DNA of 64,000 nt, taken from Azolla caroliniana (lineage: Eukaryota; Plantae; Polypodiophyta). Shown piece after piece: positions 48,801 to 60,429 of the stretch. The translations under genes were made by a program, and so were the position numbers. Within the stretch, counting starts at the first letter, position 1; the number at the start of each line of letters is the position of its first letter. The notes below the pieces were generated by a model. It saw only the letters and a list, made by a program, of their open reading frames with translations, was not told the origin of the DNA and did no database searches. The DNA is taken from contig JBHGNT010000017.1 in assembly GCA_043228905.1 (NCBI GenBank), positions 14,446,001 to 14,510,000 on the forward strand. Direction: 5' to 3'.

Positions 48801-49471
48801 TGGTTATTATAGTAGTTCCTTTTCATGTTATCTCGTTTGGATAATTAATATGAGTAATAATATTTACCCCTGCTGCTGTTCTTTTTATATCCGTGAATTG
48901 ACTAATTTATACTTCTATTTCCCTAAACCCCCCTCATAAGATGTCTAGGAAAAGACAATTCTGTCTTTCTTCAAAATTGTATGACAATTGCTTTAATGGT
49001 TTTGAGCTTTGGATTGGATTATTGTAATCAAGACAATTATCGGTCAATCTTCATCAAACCCAGATCCTCAGATCCCACTATTTTCACTTCCTGCTGTTCG
49101 GATTTAGGGTGGTATGCACATCAGTCCAAGTCCAGGAGAAAATCTGCACGAGTTCATGTTTCATTACACATGTGCATGTATTGGGAATTCTGGAGGGGCG
49201 GAATCAGATTCAAATTCAAATTCATGACGATGCATCTGTACCTTCCTGCATGAAGTAGCAAGGAGGCATAGATTATCTTATTTGATTGAGGAACACAAAG
49301 AAAAGCAGCCATGAAATAGTTAGTCTTCTTTAAACCATAAATCAAACAAGAAGAATATCCTGTTCTAACAAAACAAAGAACACTCAAATCACTTTGTCAT
49401 AATTATACTCTAGCGTTTAATCCAATCAAACAGAAATCAAAGCAGAGAGCACAAAGCATGTCACAAAGATG

Positions 49472-49632
49472 GAATGTAAGGCAGTGAAGTATGCAAAACT
49501 GTTAAGAAAAGTGAACCGAGGTTCAATCAGTTCGCCGGATCTTGCCCCCAACAATTCAGTCGTCCATGTAGCAGGCTGTCCATTCAACATTCTACGAAGC
49601 GAGAAATCATAGAGTTGTACACACAAGCCTGC
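49472..49632 (-). ncRNA. H/ACA snoRNA, inverted paralog of 45327-45486
   Basis: Same pockets and ACA boxes; compensatory pair AACCG/CGGTT versus AACTG/CAGTT. Confidence 0.75.
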
Positions 49633-49721
49633 AGAAATTCAATCTAGAGGCTTCAAGCATGAAAAATAGAAGCTAAAACAAATATCGCAATGGACGGTCA
49701 GATCAAAGCAAAGAAAAAATG

Positions 49722-49815
49722 GAGCACTCAGTATGAGTAGGAGGATTGTTGGGATTTCACAGACACTCTTCATCAAGAATATCGTTCATCAACAAATCAA
49801 GTCATCACAGTGCTC
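49722..49815 (-). ncRNA. C/D snoRNA, inverted paralog of 45134-45229
   Basis: Identical C box, D box, terminal stem and guide; internal region differs. Confidence 0.85.
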
Positions 49816-52270
49816 ATTATTAAGAGAAAAGACGTGATAGTGATTGTATCGCTTACTATCTCTATGGTCGATCTACGGATTTAAGGCTAACATGTCTATT
49901 CCCGTGTAAAGTTGTCATTACGATCTCTTTGATTGCTTATCATTACGATAACGGACTACAAAAGTATGTAAGGTTATCATTACTTGGTATCTTCCATCTT
50001 ATTAAATCAGACAAGTTGGCTTGCCAATCAGAATTATTACGCCAAAATTCAATGAAACAGACAACCAAGTCATGAAAAGACATGTAGGGATGCTTTCGCC
50101 ATTATGACATTGCGCAGCCATTCAGCGGCCACAAGCTTCCCTCTCCATCTAAGGATATGCGTCTATGCCCGTCACACATCGCGAGGATATGCGCCGCGTA
50201 TGAACCTTTCTCGCGGAATACCACGTCGCTTCTTTCCTTCCGAAGCACGACGCTCGGCCTAGGGCAAGATCAAAACACTAACACAAGCAATTTTGGCATA
50301 CATATGATATCTGCTACATATGATATGCGGTTTGATCCCGTAAATCATCAGCAATGAAGGCATTGTTATGGATCCCTTTTACACAAAGAACTTCCTCTTG
50401 TTCTGTATGCAGATCAACGTGTCTGTAACAATCCATGTCACAAGTGAAAATACGAGAGGAAAACAATCACAGGGAGAGAGAAATATTTAGCATCAACTCA
50501 ACGTCTATGGAGCACATCCTATGAATCTGATGCATCTTTTATCACACAAAAACACAAGGAAATCAAAACAAGGGCTCCGCTCTAGCATACTTTCGTCACA
50601 AGTAAGCCCTCACGTTCTTGACATGAGAAATCCTGAAAACAGAGATGTACTCACCGCCTCCTTGCGCAGAATCATTCAGATGGAGATGGATTCTCAACGC
50701 AGGAGAAACAAGAGACGGGGAGAGCACGACGGGGAGAGGAAGCCTCTCCCACAATGCAGCGAGGGGATCACTGTAGCACAGCTATGACTCGATAACCTCC
50801 CATGGTGGAACGCCGCATCCCACACTCTCTCGCGCAGCTCCTGAAAGAGAGACACAACACACAAAGGAGGCTCCTTCCAGAAAGGCTGGGAGAGGGAGAG
50901 GAAGCAAAGGCATGGCGTGGAGAAGGCGCTCTTAAGGGCTGTGCAAAGCAGTTCCATGGCGATGGCCTGGAGAATCTCCGAAACACAGAAATGGATCAGA
51001 GGAACAGAGATGGAGAAGGAGATGGAGATCATTTTTCTTGAACATATAGACAGAGAGAGAGAGAGAGAGAGAGAGAGCCATGAAGAGGAACAGAGAGGAA
51101 ACCCTAATTCCAGCCACTCAGGTTTCACACTTGGGAGCCCAAAAGTGTGGACGGACACTGGACACTTCTGAACAAACCAAAAACTCATTTTTACCAAGAC
51201 CATAAAAGATGCAAGACCAAAGAGAGTGACAAAGCTATTCTTGAATGTCCAGCTCTAGTTTTATTAAGTTTTTATACACAGATCGTACTTCGACGATGGG
51301 AGAATGGCCTCATTCGGGAGGTGGTTTCATATCATGTGCAAATTGCCGACACGACACCGCCGTTATTAAAGACGCTTCAACGACACCATGCTCCTAGAGC
51401 CATTCTTCATGGAGCTAGAGTAAAACGATCTTTTGATAGTATATCAATTGGTCCCAACCCATTTTCTCTAGAACATGGCTCTCTCGGGCAATATCATAGA
51501 TTCTAGGCAGAAGACTAATCAGAATAGTGTGTAGAGGAAATATGTGTGTGCATGTGAATGTTGAACCTCCTCTCGATCTTCCCGCCTCGTTATTTCCTTG
51601 TATACGAAGAGCCAACACTTCGTGGAAATTTCAACCACAACGCGAATGCCTTCATGGATTTGGTTTCCATGAAGGTTTTAGACTTCATGGAAACCTTTTC
51701 CATGAAGCTGGTTTCTTTCACGTACGTAGCCTTCAACTTCTATTATCATCCAATCAAAAAGGCGCAAGATTTTCAAAATCTAGAGGTGTGGGTTGATCGA
51801 GTCCCATGCTTGACAAAATTTTGTCATAAAGATACTTGGAATTTTGTGTCCAAAGATTGGTCACAAACCTTGTAGGAATGGCTCGACAATAGAGTGTTGA
51901 TCCCTTAGAAGTGAGAGTTCAAAACGTCCAACAAAGTGGAAATAGTTTTTAGTGTAGTTTTACATCTTATGCTTAGTTTTCTCAGCTATACATCCATTCC
52001 GTCACAATCCCCATTTAGCCCAAACCACAATAAGAAAAACATTAAATGAATTTCTACTCTCTCCAAAATAGATATAAATTATAATAGTCTCCTTATTTTT
52101 GAAGTGTTTCCCACATGCTCTCCAGATTTGCTACCCTTCAATTCTATGAACTACCACAACCTTTTCCCGTATATTGAAATTAAACCATTGACCTTGTTGT
52201 TCTCATTGATAGCTCTTACCATTTGAGCATCCTATTTCCTTCAAACTATGCCCTTCAATCGAAATATGTA

Positions 52271-53694
52271 TGTTGAGAATCAAGCTCAACATAGTGCAAC
52301 GTGTGAACACACCTTTTGAGAATCTATGATTACTCAAAGGTCAAGAGTCACACCACTACTCTCTACACATTAATTATGTGTCATAGAATCATATTCTATG
52401 ACACATAACTAATGAGTTACATACTCCCTATGACTATGAGTCTTCACATTCCCCAAGAGAGAGTGGTTGTTGTAGTTAGTTAATGAAGAGAGAGGGTAGG
52501 GTGACTATATATAAAGCACCCTCCTCACACTTCATACTAAGTTGGTTGTGACTCCTTGTAATGCTACATTTTTGTATCCCTTACTTTACTTGTGAATATA
52601 CACCTTCTTCTTGAGTATTCCTTTTTCTATATATCTCATGTTCTCTATTCTCTCCTCTAATTCCTCTCACACATACACATAACACACATCTCTTCCGCTA
52701 CACAAGAATCATACTCGATTCTTTACATGGTATCAGAGCGGTTTGGTAGCTCAATCTAGCCCATCTACATGTGTTGTGTTCTACGTCGACGTTCGAGAAG
52801 AACTGGTTTATCGTTATCGTAGTGCAACTACATAGCTCGTGTTCGAGAGAGAAGGAAAAGAAGAAAGAAAGCTTCATCGACATAATGAATACTCAAATGC
52901 GGAGCGCTCTCCCTAGCGAGAAGTTGGACTGAAACAACTTTGTATCTTGGGAGTACAAGATGCACCAATACCTTGTCGGCCAAGGCTATTAGGGTTACAT
53001 CAAAGGAGCACAAGAATATCGACCCGACCCGAAAGACGCCGACTACACAACATGAGAGCAAGCGGCAAGCCGAGTGATGTATTGCTTGGCGACATGTGTT
53101 CACGACCACATGCTCGGCTACATTCGAGAAGCCGAGACGCCAAAGGAAGCGTGGGAGAATCTACGAAAGATTTTCGCCGCCAACACAATCGCGAGAAAGC
53201 TTCAACTCCGCCAAGAGTTGAACAACATCCAACAAAGGGATATGCCCATCACAAGCTACACCTTGAAGATCAAGGAGCTTTGCGACTCGTTCAGCTTGAT
53301 AAGCGTCAATGTGGACGATGATGAGATGGTGCAAATATGCCTCGGCGGCCTTGCACCACGGTTCGGTGTGATGAGGACCGCCGTATTAGCATGGGAGAAT
53401 CTGCCCTTGTTCTTCGATCTTCAATCCATGTTGTTGATCGATGAAAACCATGTTCGAACAAGGAGCAACGCCTCGGAAGGCCACATGCTCTACATGCATT
53501 CGAACGGAGGAAGAGGACGCGACCGAGCAAGAGACTGATTCGGCCAAGGACGAGGCAGACGAGGTTCGACTTACGAAAACAACTCACAATTTCGACATCA
53601 AGACGAAAGCCATCGAGGAACCTTCGGAAGAAGGGGGAGCTTCTATTCCGGTCCAAGCTGACAAAACTTGGTTAAATGCGGATATTGCGGCAAA
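52271..53694 (+). mobile_element. 5' part of a Copia related to 15588-20791: LTR 52271-52727, PBS, decayed gag ending in the zinc knuckle
   Basis: TGTTGAGAATCAAGCTCAAC start, TTTACA end, PBS TGGTATCAGAGC (iMet) 52728-52739, gag closely similar to 16065-16880. Confidence 0.93.
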
Positions 53695-54327
53695 CTTTGA
53701 CCTTTCGTTAAAGGATGTGGGTTCGTCCAACTTTGAGGGTTTGGAAAACTTTGACCTTTCGTCGAAAGATGTGGGTTTGTCGAACTTTGATCTTTCGTCG
53801 AAGGATGTGGGTTCGTCGAAAGATGATCTTTCGTTGAACTTTGTGGGTTTGGCAAACTTTGATCATTCGTCGAACTTTGAGTGGGAAATTTGAATTTTTT
53901 GACGCCAATGACTGTTTCGTGTCCCGTAGGATGATCGTAATCAGCGAGAATCACGGTGATCACTTTTTCCTTGCAACGGCTAAATCTCACAAATGCTTAG
54001 CGTTAACTAGATGAATAGTTTGCTAATGTCCGAGCGATTAAGGCAGAGAAAATTAAAACTAAAAAAAAACAGAAAATTAACTTAATGAAAATGTGAAGTA
54101 GTGAAAATTTTAATTAACATGGTTTCCTTTCGATTTCTTCCCTCGTTAAGTGGGTTGCCTACGAGTGTTTGATCACTCGAAGTCGGCTTCAAGCGTCGGT
54201 TGTATCCCCGGCAACGACACCAAATAGATGTGTAGGATCTATGTATCGATGGAGTTAACTCCTCGATGTCATTCACGGAGTTCGGACCAACATATACCCT
54301 TTTGATGGCGAATCAGGCAGAGATGGT
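53695..54327 (-). mobile_element. Fragment of an Athila-like gypsy: 5' LTR end, tRNA-Asp PBS and leader with 18/36-bp tandem repeats
   Basis: TGGTGTCGTTGCCGGGGA at 54222-54205 matches the recalled tRNA-Asp 3' end with 2 mismatches, 6 nt from a CA at 54229; repeats at 53695-53880. Confidence 0.7.
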
Positions 54328-55333
54328 TGTTAGACACCTCCGAGCCTCACACTCACTTAACAATTAGTAGATGAGTAAGCACGATATCTCTCTCACTCTC
54401 TCAAGCTCACTCTGATAGACAATAGGGTAATGAATGTAGAAAATAAGAGTAATGAATATGTTTATTAACCCTCTTTGCTAAGAGGTCTAGCACCAACAAG
54501 GAAGAGAGATTAGTGTTCTTTAACTAAACACCTCACTAATCTCTCTTAAGCTTAAAGGTTACAAGAAGGAGGAGAGGAAGCTCTAGGTCTTAATCAATAG
54601 GGAGATCTTTACAAATGGAAGAACCCTTACAAAACCACCACCATGTGGTTTATATAGCATTTACATTTAGGGTGTGGACCTTTCACACTTGGATGTCCCT
54701 TAGTCGTCTTTCCTCTTGCCGTTCCCTCTTTGTAGGTCCATTAGCCATACTACGTCCTTGTTGATGTGCTCTTCTTCATTACCGGTCGTGGTGCGATCCA
54801 AGCACTTAACATCCCCCCCAACCTAATGAGTGCACACCCCCGGGTGCAGTGTGGGAGGGGAGCTTCAGGCGTCGGGGGCAAGAAGGATAGAGTAGGGGGG
54901 TTCGTTAGGGGGTGGGTGGTCGGCGGCAAAGATGGTGGCGAAGACGGCAGATGTTGAGCGGTGGTAAACAGATTTCTTGCATTTGATCGGTCGTCGTGAA
55001 GAAGTCCTTCTTGGGGCTGGTTATCCACGTGGTGGTGTTTTAGCCGGCTAAGGGAGAGGGGGGTTTCTACCAAAACTAATGTAAGCGGGAAAAAAGCGTG
55101 TGTCGATCATGGTTTCAAAATCCCGTTTGTAGATGGCGAGGAGCACGTTGACGCGGGTCTAGAGGCTGACCAGTTGATGACGTTTGAGGCCTTTATTCAA
55201 ATCAAATGCGAGAGCCCACGCTGGTTGGTCGTGTTGCTTGAATGCAAGGGTCTCATAAGGGCTAGAGTCGAGGAGGATGAGCAGCAGTTGCAAAAAATGA
55301 AGACTGGCTTGAATGTCGAGGTATGTACGAGGG

Positions 55334-55805
55334 AAACGTCATACATGGTCTCTCATGCTCGTTGGTGTTTCAATTATGCGTGAGGACCGCACATAGTCGC
55401 TCACGCCCGTTGGTGTTCCAGTTCTCCGTGAGGACCGTACATGGTCGCTCACATCCATTGGTGTTCTAGTTCTCGGTTAGGACCGCACATGGTCACTCAT
55501 GTCCGTTGGTGTTTGTGTCTCTGGTGAGGACCGCACATGGTCGCTCATGCCCATTGGTGTTCTAGTTCCCCATGAGGACCACACATGGTCACTCACACCG
55601 CTTGGTGTTCGTGTCTACGGTGAGTACCGCACATGGTTGGTCACACCCATTGGTGTTCCAGTTCCCAATGAGGATCGTGCATGGTCTCTCATGCCCGTTG
55701 GTGTTTGCGTTCCTGGAGAGGACCGTACATGGTCGCTCACACCCGTTGGTGTTCTAGTCTCCGGTGAGAACAACACATGGTTGCTCATGCTGGTTGGTGT
55801 TCCAC
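55334..55805 (+). repeat. 48-bp tandem repeat, about 10 copies, just upstream of a PPT
   Basis: gaggaccgcacatggtcgctca variants at 55382, 55430, 55478 and onward. Confidence 0.92.
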
Positions 55806-55847
55806 TCTCCACTCACCCCTACACAACACTTTCGAAAAGGCGGTCGT

Positions 55848-56385
55848 AAAGGGGAGGATAATGTCGCAATACAATGACATAAAATATATAGTTGGTGAGG
55901 ATTGAACTTACAACCTCACATGAACAATACATCATCCTCAACTATCTTCATATGAGCATTGTATAACATATATTTGGTCTACATATCATTGTATAAGATT
56001 ACATGATCTAAGTATACTATCTAGACATCTGTAACAAAGTTCTAGAAAGTTCCAAGGTTCTAAAAGGTTTTAGAATATTCTTAAAAATATTGTAACGTAT
56101 GTACTTCAACTTAGAGTATAAATACTTGTAACCTTCATGGTCCCTTTCAAGGGATTCAGCACCAGTCACTGACATGTTAATCTAGTATTCTTCATACTCC
56201 TCATTTCGTTGCTCCCAACTTCCCCAGTTTCATTGATCTTCATATTTGTCTTCATACTCTCTAGTTACTCACAACTTCTAGAGTTCCTAGCATCGTCACT
56301 TCAAGTTTCACGTTCGTAACCTTATCATTCGTAGCCTCGTGTCATCCGTGCTTCGTCGTAGTCCATGGTTGGTGTGTCCGTGACA
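55848..56385 (+). mobile_element. PPT and 3' LTR (55862-56385) of a second chromovirus-like family
   Basis: AAAGGGGAGGATAA|TGTC resembles the young element's PPT junction; ends GTGACA; TATAAATA near 56117; ttctagaa-type motifs; no 5' LTR or TSD seen. Confidence 0.75.
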
Positions 56386-56583
56386 ATCCCGTGCAATTGT
56401 GGTATGGTCGCGGGTGGGAAGTCGGCTTCGTTTTGGGACCAAGAATCTAGTGGAACCTTTGTGCCAACCTTGGACATTTGTGAGTGCTTTTCTAACTCGC
56501 CAAATAACATGTTCTTCGCGGCATGGTCCTTCGGCGAAAATCACGTGGACGTTCACACATTTGCGTAGCGCGGATCTCCTTGT

Positions 56584-57300
56584 TTAGATGTTAGCGTTTC
56601 TTTGGCCTTGGGTGGCCGATGGTTGTGCACGTTCTTTTTTGTTGGGTGGTTTCGTGCTCTGGAGTTCGTCGAGATCGGTGGGACGTGATTCAAGTTTTGT
56701 TGCAACGAGTTTCTCGAACCTCACACCATTTATAGTTTCGAAGGAGACGATGTTCTTGCTTGGTGACAAGAGACATTTGCTTATGTGACACCAATCTAAA
56801 CCGAGGAGGCACGAGTACAACACTTTCGGTGGGAGGACCCGAACTCGAATTGAGTGGTCACTGTATTTTGTCTTGATGTTACACACAAAGGTTCCAAGGC
56901 AGCGTGATGTGGAACCATCGAAGCCAAGGAAGTTGTCGTTGCATACTTCGAGGTCCGGGCAACCTAGATGTCCCCATGTTTCGAAGGAGAAAAGGGTTAG
57001 TGATGCTCCGGTGTCGATTACCGCCATTAAAGGTACGTCATCGGCGAAGCATGGTAGGTGCGTCGTCACGTCATTAGAGTCAATCACCTTAGCCATAGCT
57101 GTAGGGTGGGTGTCCCCTTGTCTTTTTAGTTTCGCTTGTGCATTGCAAAGATCGGTTTCTAGTCGGGCCATTCGGCCTTCCAATGCCTTAAGTTTGGCTT
57201 CCACTTCTCGTTGTCGAGCCATGAGTAGGGCTTCGAGGGTGAGGGGTATGTAGTAATGTTTGAGCTTGCTCCCATTGATGAATCCTAGGTTGTCGAGTCC
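56584..57300 (-). pseudogene. Coiled coil + retropepsin-like aspartic protease, in frame with the integrase C-terminus
   Basis: AVIDTGASLTLFS..GFDG..LLGLDW. Confidence 0.8.
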
Positions 57301-57826
57301 TTTGAGTGTGCATATTCAACATGCTCCTGTCTTGGTAATCTTTGACCACATAGGGGCCTTCGCCTTGTAATTTGAGCTTCTTTTTGTGTCATTGTGAGGC
57401 GAATTTGAGAGCCATGTACCCTTTAGCTAGGTCTTTATCTCTTACTTTGTTGTCGTGCCACGCCTTTCTATTGTCTTTCTTTGTCAAGAGTGCTTGGAAT
57501 GCGAGAAGGCGAGTTTCGGTCAACCGTTCTAGGTTCTCTAGGTGTGATAGGAGGGGGTTCCTATCCCATCGTTCTTGGATGGCTATCCTGAGGCTAGGGA
57601 CGAGAAACTCGATGGGCAGTACCGCTTCTTGTCCATATACTAGTTTGAATGGTGTGTGGCGAGTTGCTACTTTGTAGGAGATGTGGAAGGCCCACAATAT
57701 GGCTTGGAGTTTGGTGCTCCAATCGGATCGCGAAGCGGCAATTATCTTCATGAGCTCTTGCACTAGGGGTAATAAGGGGAGCTCTTGCAGTGTGTCACCA
57801 TAAATTCGCCTAGTAGATGTTGTCAA

Positions 57827-59834
57827 TGTTAACGTGCGGAAGCGTTAGACAGAACCGGTTCAACCGGATAGCAACAGAGAATAAGATAAAGGTTTTAATG
57901 GAGAAGCTTAATACACAGAGAGTATACGCGAGAGAGACAGAGAGAGCAGAACGTAAATATAGATTTAAAAATAATAAAAACACTCTGTAAACTCTGTACA
58001 TAGAATGTGCTTAGAGAGCACTTTTATACAAGTCCATAAAGGACTGACAGAAGTACTGACAGGTACTTCAATATTATTCCTACGTGCGACTGACACTAAC
58101 TACGAGACAATGATTACCTAGTGGTCTAGGCTCCTACTAGGCTTCCGGTTCATGCTCGAATCCGGCTCTCCAATCCGTCTCCCCGATCTGGCCGGTTGTT
58201 TCTGGATACCATCCGGATACTGATCCGGCTCTTGGTTCCGGATACCGATCCGGCTCATCCTTCCAGATGTCGATCCGGCTCAAGCTTATTCAGCCGATCC
58301 GGATCTGGTTGAGCTTGCTCGCTCAACACTCCCCCTCAAGCTCACCTTGAGGTCAGATCATGGTGTTAGTGTCCGTGGCAACAGGTTCTGCTACCCGGCT
58401 CCTTCTGGCGTCACTCCGCCTTGGTCGCACTCCTCGTCTAGTCCGGTCCTGTTTGCCGCGACCCTTCTGGTTCAGCGCACCTCGACCTCCTCGGTCCGCT
58501 TGTCTGCTCAACAGACCCATTTCAGCTCCCTCGCTGCTGCGATTCCGGCGCTTGTCGACCCATCGGTTCCTTCGTGTTGGTGTCGACTTCCGCTGCGTCC
58601 GTGTCCGCTTGGCCTTTAGTTGATCCGGCTCCTCTGAATCCAACTGTTGAAACGATTCGGTTGCCTCCGATTCGTTCCTGCACTTGTCCGAGTCAGTGTT
58701 CTCCAACTCGTCTTCCGGTTTCAGGCCCTTGACCACATTAGACCATGTCCCTGTCTTGGCCTTCTCCTTCCGGTCGGCTCTATCCTTCTTGACTCTACTA
58801 CCACTGCCGCTCGTTCTGACTTGTTTGTAGGTGCTAACTTCCTTCGTCAACTTGGCTTCCTTTTTCCTCTTGTCTCCCCCTTTGTTTGTCCTTCCCTTTC
58901 CGGTTCCTTGTTTGGTGTTGTTAGCAGTTTCTTTGCCTTTGCCCGTTCTCCCCCTCAAGTGTGACACGTCGAGATGCTGAACACCAAGCATTTCGGTGAA
59001 GTGCTGCAACTTGTCGGATCCAAGCAGTTTGGTGAAGATGTCGGCAACCTGCCGATCCATCTGAACATACTGAAGTTCAACTTCCCCGCTCAGGACCCGC
59101 TCACGCACGAAGTGATAATGCACTTTTATGTTCTTTGTTCGAGCATGGAATACAGGGTTCATGGCCAACTGCATGTTGCTTATGTTGTCGCAGTAGACTA
59201 GGATTGGGGTCGGCACTTCGATCTGGAGATCTCGCAGCAGTTGTCGAAGCTAGATGGCTTCATAGGTGGCATTGGAAGCGCCCCGGTATTCAACCTCAGT
59301 GCTCGACATAACCACTATTGGCTGTTTTTTGTTGCTCCACGCAACGACTGCACTACTAAGGGAAAACATGTAACCGGAGGTGGATCGACGATCCGATGCA
59401 TCACCAACCCAGTCGACATCGGTATATCCGACTAACTTCCCAGCTATACCGTGTCTGTATAACAGTCCCCGATCCTTCATGCCGCTAACATACCGGAGTA
59501 TTCGGTGTGCGCACTGAAGGTGCTCGACAGTTGGCTTCTGCATGAATTGGATGATCACTCCGACCGGGTAACTGATGTCGGGTCGAGTGATTGTCAAGTA
59601 TATGAGGCTTTCGACTATTTGTCGGAACCATTTCTCATTGCAGGCCGGTCAGGAGTCGAGACGTAGCTTCAGGTTCTGGTCCAGGAGTGAGGAGACAGGT
59701 TGGGATTCTGTCATGCCAAACTTGTATAGCATATTCAACACATAATGGTGTTGTGAGAGCAATATGCCATTGGGGGTTCGGATCACCCCGATCCAAAGAA
59801 AATAATGAATGTCCCCCCGGTCCTTCATTTCAAA
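57827..59834 (-). mobile_element. 3' part of a Copia (RT end, RNase H, long tail, 3' LTR 57827-58328) inserted in the gypsy integrase
   Basis: FEMKD, TRPDISYPVG, GYTDVDW, YCDN, QVADIFTK; PPT 58329-58340; LTR TGTTGA..TTAACA. Confidence 0.92.
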
Positions 59835-60429
59835 TGTGTTAACTCTTCGAGCCGGACAATGGCCTAACATAGGGTGTCTACGTGAGACACTTCACCAAAG
59901 GGTGTTACGGCAACCGGATTAGACTTCAACGCTTAATCCGACTTAGTTAAGTTACTTATTAGGATCGTATTTCATAACACGCGTGAGATATAACAATTAA
60001 GACAGAATGGCAATTAACACAGCGAGATAACAACGCTTAAGCTTTCATTAATTAACCGCTAACTATTACATTGTATCCATGCCTTTAAATAGGTTTCCGG
60101 TCTGTATTACAAAACGGTGCCATCCGCACCTGTTCGGGATCGGTCCGGATCCGGAACGGCATACCGCTTCCGGTCCGTCCGTCCACACTCATAGCTTAAT
60201 TACAACCACATTCCTACTACTTAATTAGCTCTCCGTTTCCCACTCTGGACTCCTTTGCCGGCCGGTAACACATGGCACGCCTGTGGGACAGTACCTTGTA
60301 CGTCGAATCCACAACCGACCCTTGCTATTCTTCGTCCAAAATGTCCAGAATGCTCTGTTCGAGAGGCTCCAATGGTTCATCTGGAAGTGGTTGTTGTTGT
60401 TGTTGTTGTTGCTGCTCTGTTGTTGTCTG

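Larger units (their letters stand above)
54328..57826 (-). mobile_element. 3' part of a decayed non-chromovirus gypsy: integrase, extra protease-like domain, PPT, 3' LTR 54328-54811
   Basis: THCKSSPYYP, DWSTKLQAILWAF..TPFKLVYGQEAVLP, GPY, INGSKLKHY; G-rich PPT beside TGTTAAG at 54811; TATATAAA near 54650. Confidence 0.8.

Noticed and set aside
45133-49816. Long TIRs of a Mutator-like element
   Set aside because: No TSD seen; conservation follows snoRNA boxes
50500-51200. Overlapping short ORFs near a (GA)n tract and telo-box
   Set aside because: No domain; more likely a non-coding leader, possibly of the minus-strand snoRNA cluster, but unsupported
55334-55805. CRISPR-like appearance of this and the 128-370, 22207-22472 arrays
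   Set aside because: Units are degenerate tandem copies without unique spacers, no cas genes, eukaryotic context
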